Virus record (IMG/VR): IMGVR_UViG_3300010376_000040
Span: 1 to 54,597 of that record
From: a virus
Taxonomy: Duplodnaviria; Caudoviricetes
Strand: one strand, 5' to 3'
DNA: 54,597 nt
The notes beneath the pieces are model-generated. The model worked only from the letters and a program-made list of their open reading frames with translations. It ran no database searches and was not told where the DNA came from. This document shows, piece by piece, positions 38,741 to 48,080 of the stretch (positions are counted from its first letter, which is position 1; every line of letters begins with the position of its first letter). A program made the translations under genes and the position numbers.

Positions 38741-41398
38741 TCAGTGCAAGGTCCAAACCCCTGGTGTCCCTGGAGTTGTGCAAGTCCAATACCCCAAGTT
38801 CCCGCTACTCGGTAGCGCGTTGAAGGCATCACCCCAATTACAACTTGCGTTAATCGTGTTGGGGTTTGCAGTCGCAGTCCCCCTTGTCACCTTCGGCAAA
38901 TTGAACGTAATATTAGCCCCACTCGCATTCCCGCTTCCCAGGAAGCTACTTGAACTAGGACTAATCCCTGACACCGCGAATATCTCTCCGTTCGAGGTGA
39001 CCTGCCCCGTTGCATTAGCCCCACTCGCCTCAATCGTGTAAAAGCCGCTATTCCCCGATGCAATCTGTGCTCCAGGACTAATTCCTAAGTTCGTTTTCCC
39101 TTGCAGGAATATCCCCCCATTCCCTCCAATAAGCTGCGCATCACTCGCCAAGGTCAATCCCAAGGTCGCATTCGGATCGTTAATAGTCTCAAGTGCAATC
39201 CCATTCTCCGATTTCCATCTCCCTTTCAAAACACTATTACTCATAACCGTGTAAGTAGTCCCATTACCACTCCCTAAACTCAATGCATTCGACCCCATAT
39301 TCCCTCTATACCCCGCGTCACAGTCCCCATCCAGCACTATATGATCTACCACCCCGTAAAGCTCTCCATACGATCCTACAGGTGGTGAGTCAATTACACA
39401 ACTTGTTGAAACCTGTCCCTGCACCTTGATATTCGCGTTCCTCAAGGTTGCATCAGCACCACCCCTCTCAATAAGTTCCAGTCCATACGCTGTCCCTTGC
39501 ACCCTAATATCAAAATCCACTCCATTCATCGCAGCAATCGATCCACCCGTTAAACTACTCGGCCATGCCATAGTTGTCCCAACCCTCACAAATGTCCAAA
39601 TCACACTCCCATCAGCCGGGCATGTTCCACTCACACAACTAGGCCCACCTCCTCCCCCTGTTGTCCCTCCCAATTGCGCTATATACACATTCCCATTCGC
39701 AGTCACATAATCAGAGGCAAAATAAGTAGTGCTCGGTGCCCTCGCTTGCACCGCCACCGCCGGAGTCCCTTGCAAATACCACCAAACAACCCCGCATCCA
39801 TCCCCACTCGCCCATTCATCCCCTGTGCAAGCCGCGTTCCCGTCAACCCCAGCAATCACACCAATCTGCGTGGTGAGTGGCCCTGATGGCCTACTCGCTA
39901 CATGCGGGTAATCTCCCTGCCCTGATGGTCCACCAGATGAGGCTGTCAACCCGCCACTTGGCGTGATATACGTGTTCCCATTCAGCGTACAGACATCACC
40001 TGGTATGTACAAGAAGACTCTTTGGCATGTTGCCGGAGCCTTCCATTGCACCTCGCTCTTTGCAAAGATAGAATGCATTGTATCCGCATTCCTATCTTGC
40101 ACCTGGTTCTCATGTTCCAGTGCAACCCCAATCCCGCTATCATAAGAAGAGGAATAATTCATCCTTATATTAGTATTACTATACTCCCCAGGCACCGATG
40201 CCGTGGCCTGTATTGTATTCTTAAATTCCATCCCTCCACTAAACGCATTATACGCAGACGCCTCAAAAACCCCCTGCCCGAAATTAGTCCCCGTGAAATC
40301 ATAACAGAACTTCGCATCAAAGAACCCACACCCCCTCGCCCTCATATGCGTGAACCGCCACTCCAAGCTCTGTAAAGCAGCATACCCCGTTGACGGCCCT
40401 GTTGAACTAAACGGGCCAATTGGCACACTCACACAATAATCCCCAGGCATTGTACAGTCAACATCATCAACATTAATCCGCTCCATCACCGTATTCGGTA
40501 AATTAGTCCCTACATTCTGCGCCGAGATGATTAATCCCCAACCAAATTGCCTATCTCCACGAAACCCATGCACCTCCAGCTGCGCTGTGTTATAAACTCC
40601 AACTCCATCAAACCCACCCTGAGCATGTACATTCCTCAGTGTAACCTTACTAACCTGTTGAAAAGGCCCAACCCCACTTGTCCCCGGCCCTTCAATAAGA
40701 AGACCCCATGCTCCAATTGGCTGCGCTGGGTTAGTGAAAGAAAACATCGGGTTCTTAAACCCTACATCCTCCACCGAGAACGGTCCTTTCCCAACATACC
40801 AAACCGCCGGGCTAGAAGACGAACAAGTCGAGGCGCACCCAAGGAAGCTTTGATCCAACACCCCCTTGAAAGACACATTCGTATCATGCCAGTCATTAAT
40901 TGGGCTAAAACCTGGAGGGACAAATGCCACCTTCGCACTCTGCACAGGCCATGCTGCAGACCCCATAGCCGTATCAATCTTCTGCCACAGCGCCGTGTCA
41001 TCAACCGTACCTATCTGCCCCCATATCCTCGGATCAACATAATCCGGCGGTGGCACTAACTGCCAGCATTTCCCATCAGCACTCGCGATCTGAAACCCAC
41101 CATCCCCTCCCGCCCCGCCAACCGTACAAGCAGAGTTCACTGGCATATACAAGCTTGGAACATCAATCCTCCAAACAGACAACCCTCCTGCATCACTAAC
41201 ATTCCTATCCCCCAAATCCGCCGTGCTCATCACCGATGGCCCTGGTATCGGTCTTGCTGGAGCCTTCGCCGCTGTCGGGTTCCCAATCACATATCCAGGA
41301 GGGATATTCCCGAAATTCTGCCCAAACCCCACATGCGGCCACGGAACCAGCGCTAACCCGACAGCCGTCGATGCCAGCAACCTCATCTTTCCCCGCAT
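38741..41398 (-). CDS. Large beta-rich (beta-helix-like) protein with signal peptide and carbohydrate-binding-like inserts, paralogue B
   Basis: MRGKMRLLASTAVGLALVPWPHVGFG-QNFGNIPP N-terminus; DPRIWG....DDT; GNVY.A..GGT...DGSVIWT modules. Confidence 0.65.
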   Translation of the reverse strand: MRGKMRLLASTAVGLALVPWPHVGFGQNFGNIPPGYVIGNPTAAKAPARPIPGPSVMSTADLGDRNVSDAGGLSVWRIDVPSLYMPVNSACTVGGAGGDGGFQIASADGKCWQLVPPPDYVDPRIWGQIGTVDDTALWQKIDTAMGSAAWPVQSAKVAFVPPGFSPINDWHDTNVSFKGVLDQSFLGCASTCSSSSPAVWYVGKGPFSVEDVGFKNPMFSFTNPAQPIGAWGLLIEGPGTSGVGPFQQVSKVTLRNVHAQGGFDGVGVYNTAQLEVHGFRGDRQFGWGLIISAQNVGTNLPNTVMERINVDDVDCTMPGDYCVSVPIGPFSSTGPSTGYAALQSLEWRFTHMRARGCGFFDAKFCYDFTGTNFGQGVFEASAYNAFSGGMEFKNTIQATASVPGEYSNTNIRMNYSSSYDSGIGVALEHENQVQDRNADTMHSIFAKSEVQWKAPATCQRVFLYIPGDVCTLNGNTYITPSGGLTASSGGPSGQGDYPHVASRPSGPLTTQIGVIAGVDGNAACTGDEWASGDGCGVVWWYLQGTPAVAVQARAPSTTYFASDYVTANGNVYIAQLGGTTGGGGGPSCVSGTCPADGSVIWTFVRVGTTMAWPSSLTGGSIAAMNGVDFDIRVQGTAYGLELIERGGADATLRNANIKVQGQVSTSCVIDSPPVGSYGELYGVVDHIVLDGDCDAGYRGNMGSNALSLGSGNGTTYTVMSNSVLKGRWKSENGIALETINDPNATLGLTLASDAQLIGGNGGIFLQGKTNLGISPGAQIASGNSGFYTIEASGANATGQVTSNGEIFAVSGISPSSSSFLGSGNASGANITFNLPKVTRGTATANPNTINASCNWGDAFNALPSSGNLGYWTCTTPGTPGVWTLH

Positions 41399-41404
41399 AA
41401 CACC

Positions 41405-41422
41405 CACCTTTTGATGGTCAAA
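41405..41422 (-). repeat. 18-bp junction motif, copy 4
   Basis: Between the 41464 stop and ATG 41398. Confidence 0.9.
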
Positions 41423-41463
41423 GATCATACCTGAGCAATTCCCGAGCAATGCCCAAGTAATTT

Positions 41464-44382
41464 CTAATACGCCTGTGCCCATACCGCTGGCCCCGTTGGC
41501 TGACTTGGAGTCTGACAAATGAACAAATGTTGTCCATCCGTTGAATACATCATATCCCCAAGGCTGCAATGGGTACTAGAGGTCGGTAACGTCGCTTGCG
41601 CTGGTGTCACTACAAACGGCCCAACAATCGAAGCACTTGCCCCAGGAAAATTAAAAAGAGTCCCCGAATGTGCTAAATTACTATTCTCCACCGCCACCGG
41701 GGCAGTTGCAGTCACCACGGCTGTTGTCGCTGACCCTGATGCCCCTGTAATCGGGCCATCTGCCGAAGCCCCACCTATTATTGCTAGCGCTCCACCTTCC
41801 ATAGTAATCTGATCCGGCCCTGCCAAATAAAGAGCGGCGGCATATCCAGATAGTCTTGTACTCGGCATGAAAGTTATGTCTACACCTGCCGGGCTCCCTT
41901 TCGTGCGAAGCGCCCCAAATATCCCACTTGTATTCCCATCCCAACTCCCATTCACCCGCATCCCGGTTATAGTATTGAACGTCCCACCAGCCCCAACTGC
42001 CCCTAAATAAAGAGGCGGGTTCGGGTTATATTGCCCTCTATTAGTCCAGACAATCGTACCATCGGTCACAGTCAAACCTACTGTGGTCGGCCAAGTCGGT
42101 TCAGTGCTACCAGACAGACCACCTGTCGTCGCCTGGAAAAGCCACCTACCTATATTATTGGTTGGCCCAGGCAATATAACATCACCATTATGCAGGCTTT
42201 CAGGAGTCCATCCGTTAAGCCCACCAACATGACAATCCCCATTCAATGTCAGGCGATCAATAAATCCGCTTATTGCCCCAAACTCCGTGGAAACACTATC
42301 AGTCACACAAGAGGTCCTATGCCATCCGTAAATATTAAGAATACCTCGCGCGATCGTGTTATCCGATGACCCCTGTGGGATTAGCGCCGCTCCACCACTC
42401 ACCCCAATATCATGACAAGTTATCTCAAAATTCGACACTGCCTCGATCTGCACACAATACTTAAATTGAGAAATATAAGAAGTTGCCTTCAAAAATTCCA
42501 CAATAGACGAACCATCTGCATACCCCGTATTCAAAACAGTCCCCGTTGGTGGATTAGCAGGATCTGACAACCCCGCCTTAATAACAATATAAGTATTCCC
42601 ACCCGTTGTAAACGTATCCCCCTTGAATTGATTAATCCCAGGTGCCCAGTTCCGTGGCATAGCCCAACTCGATGTAATATCAGCCACTACATTAGCCGTG
42701 AAATCAGGCCCACTTGACACCCCACTAAACGTGCGGGTATCCGTTGAACTCCCCGTTGCCGCCTGACTCATAGTCAGAAACGTATGACTCCCATCAATCG
42801 ATGCTACAAACGTATTAATCGGGATATCCGAGCCGGTTATAAGATTACCAACTGTAATCCCTGCTGTCGCCACAGTCAATATATTCGTACCATGCGTTGT
42901 AGAAGACACAGACAGCGGTGTTACATCATTCTCATACGCAATAATAGCACTTGGCAGCCCTGTATCCACCGTATCCCCATCAAACACCCTAACCCTTCTC
43001 TGCTTGAATGTATTCGGCAGGGAGTTTGGGCGATCCGCTGTATGTTTATTCTCTGCACAAAAGCTCACATTATAACAGATAACATCAACATCCATCTTAT
43101 CCTGCTGTGGCGAGGTGACATCAATACACCCCTTCGAGAATATAAACCCGGTTCCAACGCATGTCATCTTAACAGTAAGCTGCGACGGCTGCACAAATGG
43201 ATTAGAAACATCGCTTGGACCAACAGCCCAATTCCCGCAATAATACCCGGTATTCCTACATGATTGTACAGTCACCTGCACATTCGATACATTTGGAATA
43301 GGATGGTTATCAAGCCCAACCCCAGAGGCCGTGAACCCCCAAGCCGAATGATACGCATCATCCAACTGATCAAATTCAAGAATACTATCCTTCAACTGAA
43401 GAAACGTGAACTGATTATCACACCCCACCGCACTAACCCCATGCATATCCACCCGTTCAATCTGAATATTAGTCGGGGATTTCGTCTCAACAAGGAGAAG
43501 TGCCCCGCAATTCGGAGCAACAAAAGTCCCGACCTGAACATACGAAGGCCCTGTAAACTTAACATTATCAATCCTGAGCCCGCCATATGTCCCATCTGCA
43601 TTCGGATGAATTTGCGGGTTATAAGTCAACACATTATTAGAATGCGTCATCCCCGCTGCACCAGCAATCTCACATTGCCCTGCCGTCACACAGCCAATCG
43701 CTTTCACCCCTCCTTGCAGCGTCGGATTAGCAGGCCCGCTATCAAAAGTACTCAACTTTGGTGGCAAAATAATCCTTCTTGCAACTGATAATGGCCAGTC
43801 CACTGCCATCATCGCCGTATCAATCTTGAAGAGGATAGATTGAGCATTCGCAACAGCAGTAGTCCACCCATAATATTCAGGCTTCACCCCCTCCGACGGG
43901 AAAGACGCTTCCCAGCACCCATTATCAAGCGATTTTACCTGCCACCCTCCATCCCCCGCCCCACTATTCAAAGAACAAGGGAAACCCGTCGCTGTATACA
44001 ACAAAGACGCTTGTGCTGTCCCCGGCGTATGCACCGCCGGTCCATCCTGCCAAACCCCGTTTGGGAACTCCGCGCTAAAATGTTGATTTAGGGTGCCATA
44101 CGGCACCCTGGTAACCGCCAACTGAATTTGTGAAAGTGTCGGAGCAGGTAAAGGAACCGCAGGCCCTGCACTAGGCCCTGGGTTCCCTACCAACGTATTC
44201 GGAGGAATATTCCCTAAATTCTGCCCCTTCGCAGGCAATATAAACAAGGGGGACAAGGAGGGAAAGGGGGGCAAGAGAGGCCATGGAGTCAGCGCAAGCC
44301 CCATCGCCGTTGTCGCAAGCATCCTCGACAAAGACCTTAGAGCCCTTACCGGAGCCCTTACCGGAGCCCTTACCTTCCCCAT
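41464..44382 (-). CDS. Large beta-rich (beta-helix-like) protein with signal peptide and carbohydrate-binding-like inserts, paralogue A
   Basis: RMLATTAMGLALTPWP...PAKG-QNLGNIPP; CSLNSGAGDGGWQVKS.D.GCW; EPTWPTT.G.TVTDGTIVWT. Confidence 0.7.
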   Translation of the reverse strand: MGKVRAPVRAPVRALRSLSRMLATTAMGLALTPWPLLPPFPSLSPLFILPAKGQNLGNIPPNTLVGNPGPSAGPAVPLPAPTLSQIQLAVTRVPYGTLNQHFSAEFPNGVWQDGPAVHTPGTAQASLLYTATGFPCSLNSGAGDGGWQVKSLDNGCWEASFPSEGVKPEYYGWTTAVANAQSILFKIDTAMMAVDWPLSVARRIILPPKLSTFDSGPANPTLQGGVKAIGCVTAGQCEIAGAAGMTHSNNVLTYNPQIHPNADGTYGGLRIDNVKFTGPSYVQVGTFVAPNCGALLLVETKSPTNIQIERVDMHGVSAVGCDNQFTFLQLKDSILEFDQLDDAYHSAWGFTASGVGLDNHPIPNVSNVQVTVQSCRNTGYYCGNWAVGPSDVSNPFVQPSQLTVKMTCVGTGFIFSKGCIDVTSPQQDKMDVDVICYNVSFCAENKHTADRPNSLPNTFKQRRVRVFDGDTVDTGLPSAIIAYENDVTPLSVSSTTHGTNILTVATAGITVGNLITGSDIPINTFVASIDGSHTFLTMSQAATGSSTDTRTFSGVSSGPDFTANVVADITSSWAMPRNWAPGINQFKGDTFTTGGNTYIVIKAGLSDPANPPTGTVLNTGYADGSSIVEFLKATSYISQFKYCVQIEAVSNFEITCHDIGVSGGAALIPQGSSDNTIARGILNIYGWHRTSCVTDSVSTEFGAISGFIDRLTLNGDCHVGGLNGWTPESLHNGDVILPGPTNNIGRWLFQATTGGLSGSTEPTWPTTVGLTVTDGTIVWTNRGQYNPNPPLYLGAVGAGGTFNTITGMRVNGSWDGNTSGIFGALRTKGSPAGVDITFMPSTRLSGYAAALYLAGPDQITMEGGALAIIGGASADGPITGASGSATTAVVTATAPVAVENSNLAHSGTLFNFPGASASIVGPFVVTPAQATLPTSSTHCSLGDMMYSTDGQHLFICQTPSQPTGPAVWAQAY

Positions 44383-44407
44383 GACTCTCTCCTACCCGCA
44401 ACCAACA

Positions 44408-44425
44408 CACCTTTTGACCATCAAA
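44408..44425 (-). repeat. 18-bp junction motif, copy 5 (central trinucleotide inverted)
   Basis: Top strand CACCTTTTGA-CCA-TCAAA versus CACCTTTTGA-TGG-TCAAA in the other copies. Confidence 0.85.
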
Positions 44426-44449
44426 CCCCAATCGCGAGTCAGCGAAGGA

Positions 44450-44677
44450 TTACCTCCTCTTCATCCTTCCCCCATACACCGGCTGATGCACAGGATGATG
44501 TATCCCCGCCTCCGCTTTATTCTGCAACCTCTCCCCTTGCACATGGAAAGGATGCTCATCATGGAAATGTTCAATCGCTCCAGACAGCGATGTCTGCCCC
44601 ACACTCGGTTGATGCTGATTAATCGCCGGGGTCCGAGCCGCAGTATGCCCCCAGGGCTTTGAACTTCCGCTATCCAT
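44450..44677 (-). CDS. Small His-rich hypothetical protein
   Basis: ATG 44677 after GGAGG; SLSGAIEHFHDEHP. Confidence 0.55.
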   Translation of the reverse strand: MDSGSSKPWGHTAARTPAINQHQPSVGQTSLSGAIEHFHDEHPFHVQGERLQNKAEAGIHHPVHQPVYGGRMKRR

Positions 44678-44678
44678 C

Positions 44679-45122
44679 CTACCCTCCATTCCCTTCAGTT
44701 GCAAGAAACTCAACTGCTCTCCTAAGTGATGACGCCTTGGGCAGTTGAAACCAAGGCTTAAACTCAACCAATTCAGCGAGATCCGGCCATTCCCCGTTAA
44801 AAGTAATCGCCCTATCATCAATAGAGAGATGCGCCGCGGGTTTATGCACGGGCCATTCTAACTGCAACCACCAGGGCTGCCCATAATCGAACATAAATGG
44901 CTTCGCATGAGCCTCCACCCAAGCTTGCATCGCAGCAATCCCACCTGGACTTGAAGACCGAGATGAAAAAATCGCCACCTTAAAAACCTTGAGCGCATCA
45001 TAAAGAAAAGGAATAGCTCCCTCCACCGGCGGATCAAGTACAACTTCATGCCCACCCCACCCCGAGCTATACGAATGCAGCACTCCATCAAAATCAACCA
45101 CCAGTGTTTTTTTATGAGCCAT
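44679..45122 (-). CDS. HAD-superfamily phosphatase-like protein
   Basis: VVDFDGVLHSY (motif I), IFSSR (II), KP (III), IDDRA (IV). Confidence 0.8.
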   Translation of the reverse strand: MAHKKTLVVDFDGVLHSYSSGWGGHEVVLDPPVEGAIPFLYDALKVFKVAIFSSRSSSPGGIAAMQAWVEAHAKPFMFDYGQPWWLQLEWPVHKPAAHLSIDDRAITFNGEWPDLAELVEFKPWFQLPKASSLRRAVEFLATEGNGG

Positions 45123-45220
45123 CAAACCTCTCCTTACATCCTTTTCAACGAGGCCCTGAACCCCAAGAGATCTCCCTCATTTCCCAAGAAAGCCCAAGAG
45201 ATCTCCCTCATCAAAACGGG

Positions 45221-45472
45221 CTAAAACGGGCTGCTTCTATCAGGAGTATCTGGATTACTCCCCATAGTCAGCCCCCGTCTTGCCGCATTCCTTGCCCTTC
45301 TCATCTGTTCCGGCTTCACCTTTGAGGGGTTTCGGATTGCCTTCCTATAAGAGGCATTCCTCTTATCAGCGGACTGGGCGACACTATTCTCTTTCTGGAT
45401 TGCCTCTGCTCTACCCCTTGCCCCTTGCATCGGCTCCCAGGGGCCATACCTGCCTCTTTCAACGGTCTTCAT
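45221..45472 (-). CDS. Small basic hypothetical protein
   Basis: 83 aa, Arg-rich, AAGGAGG SD. Confidence 0.6.
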   Translation of the reverse strand: MKTVERGRYGPWEPMQGARGRAEAIQKENSVAQSADKRNASYRKAIRNPSKVKPEQMRRARNAARRGLTMGSNPDTPDRSSPF

Positions 45473-45541
45473 CCAGCCCTCCTTTCATCCGGCTTGCTAC
45501 CCCTTGGTCGGTCTGGTTATACAGAGTGACCTATAAGTAGC

Positions 45542-45563
45542 AGCGGGCACTTCGTGGCCCGCT
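45542..45563 (-). terminator. GC-rich hairpin downstream of the 45567 stop
   Basis: AGCGGGC-AC-TTC-GTG-GCCCGCT; no U-tract. Confidence 0.35.
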
Positions 45564-45566
45564 TGG

Positions 45567-45737
45567 TCATTTCGCCTTTCCTTTCACCTTCTTAAGATTA
45601 GGGTTCTTCTTCTTAGCTGCAGGGCTTGCATTCCTAGCCCCCGCCGCAATGATCCGGTCCGCTGCCTCCTCAGAAACCCCTTGTCTCTTTGCAACAGAGG
45701 CCGCGGCAGCTTTAAACCCCATACCCTTTGCCATCAT
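45567..45737 (-). CDS. Small Lys/Ala-rich basic protein
   Basis: GMGFKAAA.SVAK..GVS...A..IIAAGAR.ASPAAKKKNPNLKKVKG; ATGA coupling. Confidence 0.65.
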   Translation of the reverse strand: MMAKGMGFKAAAASVAKRQGVSEEAADRIIAAGARNASPAAKKKNPNLKKVKGKAK

Positions 45738-46211
45738 GCTGCCTTTCCCAAAGAAGAAACGAGAGACTGCCCGGCCCATTGTATCAAGGAGGGATACCCG
45801 GTGGCTAAGGCCGCATCAGTAGCAGATTGAATAGAAGTAAATATCCTACCCCGTCGAAATCGAGGATCAAGGTTCTTAACGATCACAATCCCTGCCACTC
45901 TGCAACCCAACGCCTTACTTACAATCGGCATGTAAAGAGAAGAAAGCTTAGAATGCGCCCCAGGGACCAATGTATACTTCACCTCAATAACCGCTACAGT
46001 TGCAGGGCCTGGAACCAAATGAAAAGGATAAATCAAATCAGTCTGGCAAACACCATACCCTTGTGTATCTTCAAACTCCCACCATTGCCCATGTATCGAC
46101 CCCGGCAAAGCCTTATGCAATCTTCTCTCAAAACGAAGGCCGAGTGCCCTCACCCCCTTCGGCTTGGAGAGCGGGATATAATCAGGGCGATCTCGCATAG
46201 CCGCAGCCATG
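45734..46211 (-). CDS. PD-(D/E)XK nuclease-like protein
   Basis: G.RFE, CQTDLI, VIEVKY motifs. Confidence 0.55.
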
Positions 46212-46223
46212 CGTAGTTCCCCT

Positions 46224-46493
46224 TCAACGCAGCGGTGAAGGTGTTGCATGCAGTGCTATCTCCATACACCGATCAATCAACTTATCAATCATATCCGCCC
46301 TTCTATCCTGATTAGCACTGAGAAACCACATCAACATCCCAACAAACGCTACATTAATCAACACAAGCAATAAAAAAGCCGGGGGCAAGGTCGAAAGCAA
46401 TGACTTCGAAAGATCCAATGCTTGCCCAATAACACCATGTTGCCCTCCGGCAGCGCCGCCTTGTGGAGATGAAGAAGGCGGGGGTGTACTCAT
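46224..46493 (-). CDS. Putative holin/small membrane protein
   Basis: LPPAFLLLVLINVAFVGMLMWFL transmembrane segment; GAGGAGG SD; early in the late operon. Confidence 0.5.
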   Translation of the reverse strand: MSTPPPSSSPQGGAAGGQHGVIGQALDLSKSLLSTLPPAFLLLVLINVAFVGMLMWFLSANQDRRADMIDKLIDRCMEIALHATPSPLR

Positions 46494-46506
46494 TTCTTAA
46501 ACCTCC

Positions 46507-47412
46507 TCATTTAAACCTTCCATCCTTCCCCCTCAAATCATCATCAGGGATCGAAGCATAATCGCCTTCAATAACTTGAGTTGAAGAAGGGCGGTTCGTT
46601 TGCAAATCAGGTGGCTGCGGCTGCGGAGAAGCATGCCCAATAAAATTCACATTAACCTGCACCCCACCTGTTGCAACAGAAGCCCCTGAAGACGAGCCCG
46701 GTAAAATCCCACCTCTGGTAGCCACCATCGGTTTAACCAGCATCAACTCAACCTGTTCCATCAATTCTCGATTGCTAAAATCGGAGGGATCAGCTTCCAA
46801 ACGGGCTTGCAATTCATCCAGTGTTGATAACCCCAGGGACTTCATACGTTCAAGAACATCTACAAACACCATCTCCGTCTGCGAAGCATAATACGCAATG
46901 AGTTCCTGGAATGTAGGGTCATCCTTCAAAATCGACACATAGGTCGGGGAATACCCAGTAAGCAGCGCCGCTTCCGATTGTTGCCGCCCCTCGGCGAGCA
47001 GTTGGGCTAATTGGTGGTGTGAATGCCGTATCTGTGTCAGGGTTTGCCTTGGGGCAGGCAGGGTAGTATTCAAGAGGGTTATATCATCGAGAGTAAGGGA
47101 CCTAATAACTTCCCAAACCACCTGCTTTTTCCTGGGTTTCCTACCACCTCTAGCCGGTCTAAGAGAAGGATGCAATATTTCAGCAGACAGCCCCTCCAAT
47201 TCCGGTGGACATGGAGAGGCTGGTGGTTCAAAATAAGCATCACGAGGCAATTCAAGAGTACCAGGCGGCGCAGGTGGTGGCTGCCCTTCCCAATTCCTAT
47301 AAGGCAGAGATTGGGGGCCAGCATCCTCTTCCGATGGATGCAACGGGTCAGATCCTCCGCCAACCCCGCCAAGCCTAACAGAGCCACGAATATCTTCCAC
47401 AGAGTACACCAC
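46507..47412 (-). CDS. HTH protein, candidate terminase small subunit
   Basis: HHQLAQLLAEG....EAA..TGYS..YVSILK.DP.FQELI HTH; VQVNVNF tail; first late gene. Confidence 0.45.
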   Translation of the reverse strand: MVYSVEDIRGSVRLGGVGGGSDPLHPSEEDAGPQSLPYRNWEGQPPPAPPGTLELPRDAYFEPPASPCPPELEGLSAEILHPSLRPARGGRKPRKKQVVWEVIRSLTLDDITLLNTTLPAPRQTLTQIRHSHHQLAQLLAEGRQQSEAALLTGYSPTYVSILKDDPTFQELIAYYASQTEMVFVDVLERMKSLGLSTLDELQARLEADPSDFSNRELMEQVELMLVKPMVATRGGILPGSSSGASVATGGVQVNVNFIGHASPQPQPPDLQTNRPSSTQVIEGDYASIPDDDLRGKDGRFK

Positions 47413-47438
47413 AAAAAGAAAAAGATGCTGGCTCCATT

Positions 47439-47467
47439 ATTATGTACCGGAGTGGGAAATAGGTCAA
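47439..47467 (-). promoter_or_regulatory. Putative late-arm promoter TTGACC-N17-CATAAT
   Basis: Read on the reverse strand; a second TTGACA lies 15 bp upstream. Confidence 0.55.
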
Positions 47468-48080
47468 TATGGGACGTGTCAACTCGGGGGAATGATGGGG
47501 GTGTGGCATACACATAGAGATGAGTAGAAAAAATTGGAGAAAAAAAGGGGGGGAAAAAAATTGGAGGAAGGGGAGAAGAGATGAGGGGGAGGAGAGGAGG
47601 AAGGGAAGGAGATGGTGGGAGTAGGTTCTGGTAAGGTTACGAGAGGTAGGTAGTCCCCCCCTACCCCCCCACGAGGTTGCGGGTCCCATCCTTGGCCGGG
47701 TGCCCGGCCCCTCGAGCTCGCGCAGCGGTAGCAATCAACACCCTACGCGCGAGTACATCTCTCTCTACTCAACCACAACCTACCCGTGCATGCCATACAA
47801 CCACGAGCTGCATCTACTCGTGCAGTCCTTGCATACCTGCCATGCAATATTGTGTGTGGTCATAAGCACCGAGTATCCCTATATTCCTATTGTTGGTTGG
47901 TTGTAACCCAGTCCAACGGGGCCTTAGCCCAAACGGTCGCGCAACACAATGCGTCACACGGCCAAAGTAGAATAATGCGCCGGTACTCACGCATACTCAC
48001 ATGGCAACATGTTGGGTCAACTGCAACCCCGCGCATCGGCACACAAGCCTAACATGCAATCTCAAAGGAGTAAAACTAGC

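Noticed and set aside
41399-41569. ORF-track N-terminal extensions (41569, 38832, 22507, 20447, 48009)
   Set aside because: They overlap upstream genes or intergenic motifs; internal starts have SDs and align with the paralogues.
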